64,000 bases of DNA, from the NCBI RefSeq assembly GCF_006345805.1, contig NC_043011.1, positions 47,814,464 through 47,878,463 of the forward strand, read 5' to 3'. This document shows positions 40,018 to 54,009 of this stretch, piece by piece. The notes under the pieces are model-generated. The model worked only from the letters and a program-made list of their open reading frames with translations, searched no databases and was not told the origin of the DNA. Source of the stretch: Octopus sinensis. Taxonomy: Eukaryota. The translations under genes were made by a program, and so were the position numbers. The first letter of the stretch is position 1. The number at the start of each line of letters is the position of its first letter.

Positions 40018-40460
40018 TTCTTTTATTCTTTTACTTGTTTCAGTCATTTGACTGTGGTTATGCAGGAGCACCACCTTCAGGTGAACAAATTGATCCCAGG
40101 ATTTATTCTTTGTAAGGCTAGTACTTATTATATCAGTCTCTTTTGCTGAACCGCTATGTTGTGGAGACGTAAACACCAGTATTGGTTGACAACTGATGGT
40201 GAAGGGACAAACACAGTCACACAATCACACACACATATATACACACAAGCACACACACATATATACACACAAGCGTACACACACATGAACACATAGGATG
40301 GGCTTCTTTCAGTTTCTATCTACTAAATCCACTCACAAGGCTTTGGCTGACCCAAGTCTATAATAGAAGATAACTTTCCCAAGATGCCACACAGTGGGAC
40401 TGAACCTGGAATCATGTGGTTAGGAAACAAGCTTCTTACCACACAGCCACTCCTGTGCCT
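40018..40460 (-). mobile_element. SINE A
   Basis: Family consensus. Confidence 0.85.
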
Positions 40461-40687
40461 CATATATATAAATGAGAACTTGAGGTTAGTTAAAAGATAT
40501 TTGTGACATACATCAACTTCTAAAGGCAAATTCACTGCAGTTACCATGAATATAGTGTTTTTACACCATATTACCATAAGAGAAAATTTTTTATCTCCAT
40601 GGTAACTACTATGAATTTGTCTTTAGAAGACCCCTGACAATAAATATGGCCTTTTTTACAATATAAATATATATATATTTATATAAA

Positions 40688-40990
40688 GACCTCCTTCTGT
40701 CATAAATGACCATGAGATTGCACCTAAAAAGTTTCCCTCCGAGGTACAAGTCCAGGCAAGGTTATTCATGGATGACCAGCAGTGGACCATGCACCAGCCT
40801 CCTGCCTCCATGCTACTGATGTTATCCAAGGAAAAGGCAAAGGCCGATACAGCTTGGCACCAGTGAGAAAACTAGAGCAACATGAAATAAAGTGTCTTGC
40901 TCAAGAATTCAACACGTAGTCCAGTCCCGGAGTTGAACTCAGTACCTAATAATTGTGAGCCCTACACTCTAACCACTGAGCTATGCATCT
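40688..40990 (-). mobile_element. SINE F
   Basis: Homologous to 21950-22275. Confidence 0.7.
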
Positions 40991-41071
40991 TATATAATGA
41001 ATACTAATACTTATGCACACATATATAGTAACACACTTATGTACCAAAGGACACTAGCCTATATAACAAAT

Positions 41072-41303
41072 AAGGCGGCGAGCTGGCTGAAATGTTAGCA
41101 CACCGGGCGAAATGCGTAGCCGTATTTCATCTGCCATTATGTTCTGAGTTCAAATTCCGCCGAGGTCGACTTTGCCATTCATCCTTTCGGGGTCGATAAA
41201 TTAAGTACCAGTTACGCACTGGGGTCGATGTAATCGACTTAATTCGTTTGTCTGTCCTTGTTTGTCCCTTCTGTGTTTAGCCCCTTGTGGGCAATAAAGA
41301 AAT
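41072..41303 (+). mobile_element. SINE B monomer, CpG-rich
   Basis: Family consensus. Confidence 0.9.
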
Positions 41304-41812
41304 ATATATAAAAAATCAAGTATTATCTGGGAATGCTGCCTTCCAAAAATCTAGTAGTCTTTCCTGAGGAAACTTAATTTTTCATCCACTTAATATTGCT
41401 GAAAACAGAAGATGAATTCTTGAATTTAATGAATTTGCTAATTCAGCTAATTAGTGAAATGATTACCATAACTAATTAGGAAGAAAATAGTTTTCATTTA
41501 GCATTTGTTAGTGTTGTAATGTTCCAGTCAATGTCAGTGTATGTGTATATGTGTGTATTTATGTATATATGTCCTGGTGTATTTGTATGTGCATTAGGAT
41601 ATCAATGTATATCGATATGTGTGTGTCTGAGTATTAATGTGTATGTGAATATGTGTGTTAATGTGTCTGTGTTTGTGTGTGTGTCTCTACAGGTTGAGGA
41701 TTTCACTGAATTTGTCACACATGAGCCAAATTGATCGTTAAATAGGAGAATCGAAATAATTTACCATAGCGTTATAAATTGATTGAAAATTTTCCAATGG
41801 CCAAAACAATAT

Positions 41813-41850
41813 TTATGTCATTCGATATATTTTCATCGAAACCTTCGTCT
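41813..41850 (-). CDS. Candidate terminal exon (E)TKVSMKIYRMT*
   Basis: Acceptor tgtaattgtaatttcag; three CpGs in 38 nt. Phase 2 is open for longer. Confidence 0.25.
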
Positions 41851-42519
41851 CTGAAATTACAATTACACCCAAACACAAGTGGTAAAACAGTTTAAGCACA
41901 TCATCACCAAGCTTTTGATGTTGGGAACATCAAAGTGTTAGTATTGTATAACAAGAGAGGGGAAACTGTTCAAAATACAACGATAATTCTTGTCAATGGT
42001 TATTAAAAGCAAATATTAATTTATGAAGAACCTGCTGAGACAAATTCTGTTCACTTTTGCGATTAAGCACAAATTTAAGATTCTATTGAAAATTCCACAC
42101 ATTAACATTGATTAATACAAATTTGTGTGTATGTGTATAGGTATGTGTGTGTGTGTGTGTGTTTGTGTGCATGCATACATGTGTGTGTGTGTGTGTGCGT
42201 GAATACATGTGTGTGTGTGCATGCATGAATCTGTGTTTGGATGTGGGTGCGTTATTGTTTTATTCTGTCTGATTTATTCGCAATTTAGCATGGAGTGAAT
42301 TCAATATGTTTAAACTATCATTTAATGCATAAGAATGTGACTTCAAGACAGACAACGTCAATATTGGACCACTGTTGCTTTCTATAACATGTGTTTAATA
42401 CAATAAAACCACCAAGTTATTCTACCTGCTAGAAATACAAACCGAATTTCCTTAAATCACACTGCCTATCAATGAAATAAAGAAGGACTCAGTGGTCAGT
42501 TAACGAGATGAATAATGTG

Positions 42520-42790
42520 TCAGTACCACATAAAAGGCACTTGTGCCGTTGCCATATTTTAAGCGCTCATGCAGTGTCAACTTAAAAGCACCCAGCACAC
42601 ACTGTAAAGTCATTGGTGTTAGGACGGGCCTCTGGCCATAGAAACCAAGCCAAATCAGACTGGAACCTGGTGCAGCTCTCCAGCTTACCAGCTCGGGTCA
42701 AACTATCCAACCCATGCCAGCATGGACAAAAGATGTTAAAGGATGATTATGATGATGATGATGATGATGATGATAATGATGATGAAGATG
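42520..42790 (+). mobile_element. Family D retroposon
   Basis: ccaacccatgccagcatgg and (GAT)n. Confidence 0.7.
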
Positions 42791-42847
42791 TAGCATATGG
42801 AGGATGGCAAAAAGCAAGAGAACTCATTCATCTGAAAGTTTTTTCCT

Positions 42848-43305
42848 GCACAGGAGTGGCTGAGTGGTAAGTAGCTTGCTTACCAGCCACATGGTTCCAG
42901 GTTCAGTCCCACTGTGTGGCACTTTGGGCAAGTGTCTTCTACTATAGCCTCAGGCCGACCAAAGCCTTGTGAGTGGATTTGGCAGACAGAAACTGAAAGA
43001 AGCCTATCGTATATATATGTATATATATGTATATATATATATATATATCATCATCATTATATATATATATATTATATATATGTATGTATGTGTGTGTATT
43101 TGTGTGTTTGTCCCCACCAACATCACTTGGCAACCGATGGTGGTGTGTTTAAGTCCCCGTAACTTAGCGGTTCAGCAAAAGAGACTGATAGAATAAGTAC
43201 TAGGTTTACAAAGAATAAGTCCTGGGGTCGATTTGCTCGACTAAAATGGCGGTGCTCCAGCATGGCCACAGTCAAATGACTGAAACAAATAAAAGAGTAA
43301 AAGAG
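42848..43305 (+). mobile_element. SINE A
   Basis: Family consensus. Confidence 0.85.
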
Positions 43306-44273
43306 GGTAGGATTTGAACTCAGTTAATTAAACACTTTTCCGTCATACAGTACTGCTGTTATTTACTTCACTGGGATGTATTGTTTTATTTATTACAATA
43401 AATATTTCTTATTTACAGTCAGGTGTAATATATATATATATTGCTCATACCTTTTTGTTTACCGTGGTATAATTTACCACCTCATTGTACAAACAGAGAG
43501 AACATTGTGTAGTAGTAAAGCCTGTTAAAATAGGAACCAAGTCTCTTAAGTGATACCCTACTGTTTGAAATAATTGAAAGACACATTGGCTAATATAGTC
43601 CTAGATTGACTGTGCTTGAGGAAAACGATCACATGGTCATAGTTATAACCCCTCTGATAAAATAGCTCTGCTATATCAAGGCTGACGTGGGTGTAAGAAA
43701 CAAGATATTTCTTGCTTGTTGAATTATACTTTACCTTGGTACTTATCTACAGTTAAGTTAACAAGACCATTTGCGTGTTAAATTTCTTGGCCAGGGACAC
43801 AGTGCAATGTCATTGGTGAGGGGCTACACAAAACAATAAACCTTTGGGCAGGTAGGCTGAGTATACCCTAACAACCAAATCAGCTGCCGCTTTCTGAATT
43901 GAAGCAAATGAAATTCATTAACTAAAGAATTTATTCCAATGCAATAGATACAACACCTGTTGATTAAAATTTCTGGCACATAGCCAACTGATTAGATGGC
44001 GTTAAAGTGAATAAGAATCTCATAGACAAGTAGAAATTTTCAGTTCAGTATCCCTTAATGATGATACAAAGTAGTTTATAACAAAATTACTGAATACCAG
44101 TATACAATATCAATTTTAAATATTTAAAACTGCATTAAAGGAAAAGTAGGAAAATATAGGGAGCGAAACAGATGGATTTACTGAAATATATTATCTCGCT
44201 AGCAATATAATCTAATTTTGGAGATCAGTCAGGTGAATATTGCATAAATAAAGAGATCAATATCTTTTTATCA

Positions 44274-44338
44274 TTATGTAATAAATATTTCAATGAAATT
44301 TCCATTGAACATCAAATCAGGCTTATAATTAACGAGCG
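44274..44338 (-). CDS. Candidate terminal exon (A)LVNYKPDLMFNGNFIEIFIT*
   Basis: Acceptor gatactactcag; only phase 1 stays open beyond 8 codons. Confidence 0.25.
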
Positions 44339-45142
44339 CTGAGTAGTATCAATTTCATAAAAGCCTAAAGAGTTCAATGAAGAGAATTTGTATTCTTGTG
44401 AAATTGAAAAGTTTAGTTCTGCAAGGAATAAATGTATACTGTATGAGAATAACAGGACTATTCCAAGTTCTAATGGGCAAAAGTTCACAATTGAGAAATG
44501 GATAAAAATTTCTGAGTTTTAATAAATAAAAAAAATAAGTAAAGAAGTACACAAAAAAATTCAAAATAATGAAATAAAAGGTTATTGATTGAAAAATTTC
44601 TTATTCCTTAAGGCTCTCTCTCTCTTTTTTTTTTCATCATATTTTTGTCCCTGATTAAAAAAGAAAGAAAAAGAAAAGTGTATACATGTCAATTCCAAAA
44701 ATATTTAATGCATCAAGTTAGATTTTTAAATTAGGAAAAAACAACAACAAATTAAAGACACACAGACAGACACACACACACACAGAGTTAATCTTACTTG
44801 CTTTCCCTTTCTCTTTCTGTCGATCATTCACACAGTCATACAGTTATTCTCGTAAACATACATAAGTAAATTCTCATATACATTCATACATACACATACA
44901 CACATGAATCAAAACATCTGTACATACATACATACATGTTATTGTCCAGGGAAAAGAAAGACATTTTCGGTTGTAAAGAGCTGCAACTTCGTTTTCAACG
45001 AAATATTTTGGCTCAGAACAATATACATTGGTTAGTGTGGATCAATGGCTAACTGAAATAAATTTAATTCAATCTCTAACTATGGAACTGGCTATTGAGA
45101 AATTCTCTTAGCACTTTCATAACCATATTTCTCTTGAAATAT

Positions 45143-45358
45143 CTTTTATCTTTTACTTATTTCAGTCATTTGACTGCAGCCATGCTGGAGCACCGCCTTT
45201 AGTTGAGCAAATCAACCCTGAGACTTATTCTTTGTAAGCCTAGTACTTATTCTATCAGTCTCATTTGCTGAACTGCAAGGTTACAGGGACATAAACACAC
45301 CACCGTATGTTGTCAAGTGATGTTGGGGACAAACAAAGCCACACAAGCATATACACAC

Positions 45359-45433
<75 letters not shown>

Positions 45434-45595
45434 GATGGGCTTCTTTCAGTTTCCGTCTACCAAATCCACTCACAAGGCTTTGGTCAGCCTGAGGCTATAG
45501 TAGAAGACACTTGCCCAAGGTGCTACACAGTGGGACTGAACCGGGAACCATGTGGTTGGTAAGCAAGCTACTTAGCACACAGCCCCACCTGCACC
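45143..45595 (-). mobile_element. SINE A
   Basis: Family consensus. Confidence 0.85.
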
Positions 45596-45609
45596 TTAAA
45601 AATTAAGCT

Positions 45610-45683
45610 CGTCCCTGGGTGGGCTCAAACCACCAACCTTTTGGTTAACAGCCAAATGCGCTAACCGATTGCACCACATAGAC
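45610..45683 (-). pseudogene. trnN-GTT: tRNA-Asn(GTT) pseudogene
   Basis: 74 nt matching metazoan tRNA-Asn (recalled from memory) with 6 substitutions, including TTC>TTT in the T loop/B box. Confidence 0.9.
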
Positions 45684-45865
45684 AGCTTAAGAGAATTGTT
45701 TATCCATATGCTATTCCAGGCTTTGTTCTGACAGATAAAGACCAGCCAAGCTCTGTTACTGACCTGCCATATTTGCTCACAGTAGATCTAAAATATATAA
45801 AATGGTTCTCTTTTACTTGTTTTAGTCATTTGACTATGGCTATGCAGGAGCACCACTTTTTAGTA

Positions 45866-46021
45866 GGGTACAGCAGGGATCGCCACCACTCCCTGCCGGA
45901 GCCTCATGGAGCTTTAGGTGTTTTCACTCAATAAACACTCACAATGCCCAGTCTGGGAATCGAAACCGTGATCCTACGACTGTGAGTCCGCTGCCCTAAC
46001 CACTGGGTCATTGTGCCTCCA
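45866..46021 (-). mobile_element. SINE C, 5' part
   Basis: Family head. Confidence 0.8.
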
Positions 46022-46506
46022 GTGTTTTTTTGTTTTTTTCCAAGATGTTCATCCATTTTAGCATGATGTTAGTTACTGCATTCCGTTGATTAGATTCTTG
46101 CTCTTTTCTGAAGTGACTTCCTTCCTGATCACACTTGACCCTCTTTCTAGTCTATTAAAGAGTTCTTGAAGTTCCACTTCATCACCTTCTACATGATCAA
46201 TATTGCCAACAAAATGCAGGCAGAAAAGTCTTGTTCTTTGATGGAACTTGAGTTTGGAAAAGTTACAGAGTTCTGTCTAAATGCTAGATTTTGAAAAGTA
46301 CAGCCTTGAAGAATTTCAACCAAAATCTTTTAGAAGTCTCTGATGTCACTATTTAGAATATCTATGCTGCTTGAATTTTCATGCAATACGTTAATCATTC
46401 AGGTGAGATTGCTGTCTCAGAAAACATTCTAACTAGCGTTTTTGAATTTCAATGAAGCTTGTGGTAGAAATCACAGTGCTGATAGACTAGACACTTGCTA
46501 GTAATA

Positions 46507-47073
46507 TTGGGTTGTCCAGAAAGTTCGTGCCAATTTTTAAAGGAAAGAAAAAGGTCAATAAATACTTGCCATTACATTTTTAATCAACTAAATATGAACC
46601 ATTTTGTTGCACAATGCGTCTCCATCTTTCCTTTAACTTGAAAATACCCTCTTCCCAGAATTGAGGTGGTTTCATGGTAAAGAATTCATCAAGGTATCTT
46701 TTTATGTCATCTAAGGAATTGAAATTTTTACCATTAAGACTATTCTGCAGAGACCTGAATAAATGGAAATCTGAAAGAGCAATATCTGGTGAATAGGGAG
46801 GGTGGGGGTAACACATCCAAGCCGAGCTGCAGCAATTTTTGTCTGGTTCCCAAATCTTCAAGTGCTGAAAATGAACTTTCTTATCTTCCATTTTAAAGGG
46901 TTACAGAATTAACACAGGTTATAGGAACATAAACCTTCTTCCACAAAAAGAAAGCTTAAACTGTGCTCTAAATGGAAATGTAGTCAAATCTTATTTTATG
47001 GACTCAACCATGTTCTAGAATAAGTCGAAAGGTAAGCTACTATAAATCGGCATGAACTTTCTGGACAACCCAA
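46507..47073 (-). mobile_element. Internally deleted mariner transposon
   Basis: TIRs ttgggttgtccagaaagttc with TA TSDs. ORF 46580-46891 joins an N-terminal MEDKKVHF to HPPYSPDIALSDFHLFRSLQN. Confidence 0.92.
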
Positions 47074-47882
47074 TAGCTCAGAAAACAATCACAAAAATTT
47101 GTGGTTGTGTGTAGAAATTTGTCACAGGAAACTTTTGTGCCTCAGCAAAATTGTTTAGAAAGTTTGTGAGTTTCAATGCATTTTCATGCTTTGAAGAAAA
47201 GAAGTGTCTCATATTTCATGCTATTCTTTAGTCTGGAAGAGAGAATAAGTTATAAAAAATTCATTCTCAGTCTCAGATGATGAAAAATCCCAAAATATTA
47301 GATTCCCTTCCCCCTATGGAATATATACTTATCAAAACTCAAGAACTGATAATGCTCTTTACAACATTCCCTTAAAACTACATATTCTCCTACTGTTATT
47401 GAAAATACCCCATCAAGGCTACAGATGAATAACAGAAATTCATAAAGGAATAAGACATACCGACAAAACAAATATACGTTCTTTAAAATCCCAAATCTGT
47501 ATTATAAAATCTATGCTACATCTGCAATTTCATATTTTATTGTTGAGCTTTTTCTTTCTGGTTTTCTATAGGGAATTCGATATATATATATACCAAAGGT
47601 TAGTTCTGTAATTGTGTTGTTTATCTTTTGGTTCTAAATAACAATAGTAATGGTCAGTGCTTCAGTTTGATTTAACAGGCTTGCAAACTAATAAAAGATA
47701 CACTCAATTCTTTTACAGCTCACAATAGCATTTGTGGGTTTATTTGGTGTTATATAAAGGTTCATGAGAGAGAAGATACATAATGGAAAATACTCCGATT
47801 TATTTCTCCGAAGCTATCTCTGAATATCTGAATATGTTTCTAGTATTGATAGTTTATTTATTTATTGCAGTATTCTTTCTGG

Positions 47883-48073
47883 TTAGATTTTTATTACTGG
47901 GTAGAAAGCATTACTGTATATATATATATATATATATTTTTCTTTATAGATATCAGTTAATGGAAAGAACAGAACAAATGGAATGCATATAAAAGTTTGT
48001 CGTTGCATGCTTAAATAGTTTACAGTGCGGGCAGTATTAGGGCTGTCAGTTTGAAAGCTGGTCAAACAGTCAG
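47883..48073 (-). CDS. Candidate exon (A)DCLTSFQTDSPNTARTVNYLSMQRQTFICIPFVLFFPL...
   Basis: Strong C-tract acceptor ccctctcctg(c)ntcag. The frame reads through a (TA)n tract, so the end is uncertain. Confidence 0.3.
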
Positions 48074-48657
48074 CTGAGGGGGGGGGGGCAGGAGAGGGAT
48101 CAACTGTTAACATAATGACAACAGTGATTGAACTATGGAACCTATCATGGGAGGAAGGCTAAATTATACAGCAATTTAATATCCTTACAACAATAACCTG
48201 TACTATTCTGCAGTAGTTATAACTAGGAATTTGGATAGAGCCATTGAAGAACTAAGTGTACACAGCATGGACATTTAGTAATTAGGGATAATATATATTA
48301 TCATTACAATGTAGTTAGTTGTGATTATGTCCATTAATTAATTCATGCATACACTCAGTTATGCACGTATGTGTGCATGCCTTGTTCCATAGTGAAGGGG
48401 CTCACATCCTTACATATTTCGGGGTTTGATCTCACTGTGTGGGGTCTTCTATCATAGTGTGTGAGTGGAATTTGGTAGAGGAAAAACTGTGCAGAAGCCT
48501 ATCATATGTACAACTATTAATTCTAATTACTAGACTGACCATAATAAAATACAGATTTAAAATAAAACAAAAATAAAGATAAAAATGAATTATCAATTCT
48601 TACTTGGCTTCGCAGTTCAATATTTATAAAAGAAAAAGATGAAAAAGAAATCAATGG

Positions 48658-48836
48658 TAGGTGCAGGAGTGGCTGTGTGGTAAGTAGCTTGCTTATCAAT
48701 CACATGGTTCTGGGTTCAGTCCCACTGCATGACACCTTGGGTAAGTGTCTTCTACTATAGCCTCGGGCCGACCAAAGCCTTGTGAGGGGATTTGGTAGAT
48801 GGAAACTGAAAGAAGCCTATCGTATATATGTATATG

Positions 48837-48873
<37 letters not shown>

Positions 48874-49048
48874 TTGTGTGTCTGTGTTTGTCCTCCCAAC
48901 ATCGCTTGACAACTGATGCTGGTGTATTTATGTCCCCATAACTTAGTGGTTCAGCAAAAGAGACTGATAGAATAAGTACTAGGCTTACAAAGGTGGTGCT
49001 TCAGCATGGCCACAGTCAAATGACTGAAACAAGTAAAAGAGTAAAAGA
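48658..49048 (+). mobile_element. SINE A
   Basis: Family consensus. Confidence 0.85.
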
Positions 49049-49440
49049 TGGTAGTTTTTTTTCTCAGTGATCCTGTCAGTGTGAAAATTTTCCTGAGTGC
49101 AAATTTTGATTTTCCTTTCAAAATATGTGTGCACTAACATGACTATCCATCTTCAAATAAAAACATTTGAAATCTTGTAAACCTTGAGAGCACGCAGTTT
49201 TTCCTTTGTGTTCATTGTGAAGTGTGTTTATATGCCCATGCAATTGCACAGCTTAGAGCAAACTTGCTCTCAATGTATTTGTCAACCAAAGACTATGTTA
49301 GAAGACACATATTCAAGGTGCCGTGTCCTGAGATTGAACCTAGCATCACCTCATCTCAACTTCTTCACCCACTTATTCCTGGGAGGGTCATGGCGGTTGA
49401 GTCCTCAAGATTGGCCTACATGTGTTTCTGTCAGAAGCAA

Positions 49441-49675
49441 CCTATTTCTTTACAACCAACAAGGGGCTAAACACAGAGAGGACAAACAAGGACAGACAAA
49501 CGGATTAAGTTGATTATATCGACCCCAGTGCATAACTGGTACTTATTTAATCGACCCCGAAAGGATGAAAGGCAAAGTCGACCGCGGCAGAATTTGGACT
49601 CAAAACGTAATGGCAGATGAAATACGGCTACGCATTTCACCCGGCATGCTAATGTTTCTGCCAACTTGCTGCCTT
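49441..49675 (-). mobile_element. SINE B
   Basis: Flanked by a ttctgtcagaagcaa TSD. Confidence 0.9.
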
Positions 49676-49889
49676 CTGTCAGAAGCAACCATCACCAGTT
49701 GATCTGAATGAATCCACAAGTGAAACAAACTAAACTCATGGATGTTATCCAACAATCTTGCTCATGGTCAACCCCAGGATCTCCTGCCAGTTGGTTTTTT
49801 GCCCACAAAACCTGTCCAGTGATTCTTTCCTGTGTATTTCTTACCATACATCCATTGTATTAGAATCATGCTGACGCAAAATAAACATT

Positions 49890-50393
49890 GGCAGAATTCT
49901 GCTTTAAGCATGGCATATACCTACTCATAATGTTTTAATTTTGGGAATTTTTACAAAATGTTTGTGAATTTGTGTTTTATACACGGGAAATCATACGACT
50001 ATACAAAAACCAAAATGAGGATGTTTTTTGTATAATTTATGGGGTATTTAGCTGTTATGTTTAGGACACCTCACAACCACCTCATACCATCCTCATTTGT
50101 TTGCCACTGTGATGTGCTGATGTTTTCTAATAGATTTATTCCCATAAACACATTTAATGATCTATTGCTCGGATTTAAGCGAAAATTTGGACTGTTCATA
50201 TTTTAAAATGGGTTTTAAAAAAATAAATTTTTTTTAGAATTTCATAATTATTTCGAAAAGTTGAAAATAAATTTTTCATAGGCATTTCAATTCCTGTGTG
50301 TAGAACACAAGTTCACAAGAGTTTTCTGAAAATTCTATAAAATATGATGAAATTTATGAGGGGTTTATGCAATGCATAAAACAGAATTCAGCC
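49890..50393. mobile_element. Old MITE with long imperfect TIRs (GGC...GCC ends)
   Basis: ggcagaattctg...cagaattcagcc; a second diverged copy lies at 51335-51805. Confidence 0.6.
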
Positions 50394-50477
50394 TAAACTT
50401 TTTACTCACACAATTATAACTGTGCCTAGGAATATGATTGGAACTTAATTTGTCAATATTGGCAGAATGAAAGTTAA

Positions 50478-51182
50478 CCCTTTCGTTACTGCATTTATTT
50501 TGAGATGTTCTGTGTTTCTTTCAATTAATTTTAAATATAACAAAGAATTTAGTAAAATAATTTAGTTATCATTAAGCTGGTGTTAGGAACATAAATTGTG
50601 ACTAAGGTTTGGTGGAAGATTTTAATTCAAAGATTATGGAAACAAGACATTTGTATTACAGAGCCACAGCCAGTTTCAGACGGGTTGATATTGAAAGGGT
50701 TAAATTAATCATTTGTTAACCTTTTTGTTACCATATTTCTGTTGAGATGCTCTGTGTTTCTTTCAATTAATTTTAAATATAACAAAAAATTTTGTAAAAT
50801 AATTTAGTTATCATTATGCTGGTATTAGGAACATAAATTGTGACTAAGGTTTGGTGGAAGATTTTAATTCAAAGCTTATGGAAACAAGACATTTGTACTT
50901 AGAGCCCGAGCTGGTTTTAGCCGGGTTGGTATTGAAAGGGCTAAATTAATCATTTGCTAACCCTTTTGTTACCATATTTCTTTTGAGATGCTCTGTGTTT
51001 CTTTCAATTAATTTTAAATATAACAAAGAATTTAGTAAAATAACCTAGTTATCATTAAGCTGGTGTTAGGAACATAAATTGTGAGTAAGGTTTAGTGAAA
51101 GATTTTAATTCAAAGCTTATGAAAACAAGATATTTGTACTACAGAGTCAGAGGCAGTTTCAGCCGGGCTGGTATCAAAAGGG
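50478..51182 (+). mobile_element. Head-to-tail trimer of the piggyBac-like MITE
   Basis: Units 50478-50699, 50720-50940 and 50961-51182, with the same attaatcatttg spacer at both junctions. Confidence 0.9.
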
Positions 51183-51835
51183 TTAAAGCTGTTTCTTGTA
51201 AGATTTCATCAACAATAGAGGTGATGACGTCATTCTATATATGTAATCCTGTTTCATTTGGTGTGTATTTGTGTTCAGATGCGTGAACATGTCAAACTAT
51301 AGTCATCAATCTAAATGAGCTTGCATGAATTTTTGGCAGAATTTTTGGTTTAAGCACACCATATACTCCTCATAACTATTTTGTGTTTTTGAAATTTTCA
51401 GAAAATTTTTGAAAATTTGTGTTCCACACACTGGAATTTATACAATAATGCAAAAAAAAAAATTGTATAGGTATGATTTAAGGGTGATTTAGCTGTTGTT
51501 TTTAGCACATCCCACAAACACCTGACACCATCCTCGTTTCATTGTCACTCTAACATGTATTGATGTTTTTCAATATCTTCCTCCCCATAAACACATTTAA
51601 TGGAATGATGATGCACTCAATGGTGATCCCCTGCTGGGATTTAAGCAAAATATTTGGACTGTCTGAATGTTAAACATTGATTTTTGAAAAAATTTTGAAA
51701 AAGAGTAAAAATTTTAGGATTTATAGGGGAAAGAGGGTGGGGTTTACAAGATAAATTTTTTTAAAAAATTGAATGAATTATAATGTGTAGAACACAAATC
51801 TGGAAAAAAGTTTAAAAAGTAAAATAGTTATATAT

Positions 51836-52017
51836 GAGTGGCTGTGTGGAAAGTAGCTTGCTTACCAACCACATGGTTTCAGGTTCGGTCCCATTGCGTG
51901 GCACCTTGGGCAAGTGTCTTCTAGTATAGCCTCAGGCCGACCAAAGCCTTGTGAGTGGATTTGGTAGACAGAACCTGAAAGAAGTCCGCTGTATATATGT
52001 ATGTATATATATACGTA

Positions 52018-52050
<33 letters not shown>

Positions 52051-52312
52051 GTGTGTGTGTGTGTGTGTGTGTGTATGTTTGTGTGTGTGTGTGTGTGTGT
52101 ATGTTTGTGTGTCTGTGTTTGTCCCACCAACATCACTTGACAACTGATGCTGGTGTGGTTATGTCCCCATAACTTAGTGGTCATCAAAAGAGTACAATAG
52201 AATAAGCACTAGGCTTACAAAGAATAAGTCCTGGGGTTGATTTGCTTGACTAAAAGGCAGTGCTCCAGCATGGCCACAGTCAAATGACTGAAACAATTAA
52301 AAGAGTAAAAGA
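51836..52312 (+). mobile_element. SINE A
   Basis: Family consensus. Confidence 0.85.
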
Positions 52313-53592
52313 GTGTGTGTGTGTGTATGTTTATAAATGCATACACATTCAAATATATACAGATATATTTGTGTGTATGCGTGTATGTAAAATCCATCTG
52401 ATTACTCTTCTTAATAACAGTTCAGAACGAATTTGATCTCAGTATGTATATATTGCTCCCTGTCATTGCTCACTGCCCTTGTTTTTATGTTTGATTTTGG
52501 GGCCCAAATCGGTCCTGATTCAGAAGACCTACGATGGAAGGCATTCCATCGACAATTATTTCAGGCGCTCATTCAACAGGGACTCATTTATGTAATGTAT
52601 TCTTCCGGTTCTAAGATAAAAGGGCGTGTTTTCAAGGAGATTTGGTTGCTATATCTGACAGGTTGTGTGGTTATACATACACTGATTTCTATCGCTTAAT
52701 ATCAGTGACAGGCTATTGCATAAGTAACAAGACATTGTTGGCTATCAATGGTGTGCATCAGGCTGATTGCCATATTGATATTCTAGTTCTGAATAGGGGG
52801 TAAAAAATAGACAGCAATAACTTGATGATACAACAAATTTTCTGAACGGTGTTTATGAATTACTTTCAGAAGAGGTTAAACATTAAGTAGTGATATTCTT
52901 CTTCTTCTTCTTGTTGCTGTTGTTGTTAATTGGATTCTGAAGCAAAATATCTTTAAAATTTTTGTGAATCAGTGGTTCAACAATATTTTTGATATTTTTT
53001 TAATTTTTATTTTCATTTTATGTTAACACTCATTTACTTTAACATTAAAATAGAAGCTAAAACTTAAAATGTTTTATATAGATAAATGATCTATAGAAAA
53101 ATTAAATAATCTTTGCAAATAATTTCCATAAGATTTTGTTTTGTTTTTTTTTAGTTGGTCGTTTGTTTTTTGTACATTTTTTTTCATTTTTGTTTTTTTT
53201 TTGCATTCATTCAATAAATCCTAAGGATTCCCTTAGTAAAAAACTAAAAAACTAAAAACTAAAAAAATAAAAAAATAAAAATGTGAACTGAAATATAATG
53301 CAAAATATAAATATAAAATATAAAAAGCAAGATATAAATGCTATTCAGCAATTTCCTGGCAGTTTTCATAAGTATGGTTTTATTTCAAGTTTTGTTTGCT
53401 TTAAAAATAAATTCACTGAGAATAAATTCAAAGCACAATTTCAAGAGATATGTTAAAACTTATATTTTCTTTTAAGTAATCTATGATTTTCTGCAAATCT
53501 ATAGCAACATATGTATATTAAGTTAAATATTGAAATTTCAACAACTTTGACAAGATTACAGAAATTATTACTTTGTTGGTGATATTACGATT

Positions 53593-53646
<54 letters not shown>

Positions 53647-53696
53647 GCTATTATTATTATTATTATATTATTATTATTTTATTATTATTATTGCTC

Positions 53697-53728
<32 letters not shown>

Positions 53729-53762
53729 ATTATTATTATTATTATTTTATTATTATTATTGC

Positions 53763-53796
<34 letters not shown>

Positions 53797-54009
53797 GCTA
53801 TTATTATTATTATTATTATATTATTATTATTATCATCATCATCATCATTATTATTATTATCATCATTATTATTGCTATTATTATTATTATTGTCATCATC
53901 ATTATATTTGCTTTTTGACCTGAGTAGACATGTTTATTTTGCTCTCCGAGTACTTTTGGATATTCTGTGTTTGTTTTGGAATGAAAGAAGTATCTTTTTT
54001 GGATATTTT

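Noticed and set aside
41693-41734. Plus-strand acceptor-like sites (also near 3498, 8867 and 54013)
   Set aside because: They form no coherent exon chain. They do show that acceptor-like motifs arise by chance, which tempers the main hypothesis.
46580-46891. Functional or domesticated transposase
   Set aside because: Most of the DNA-binding and catalytic region is deleted.
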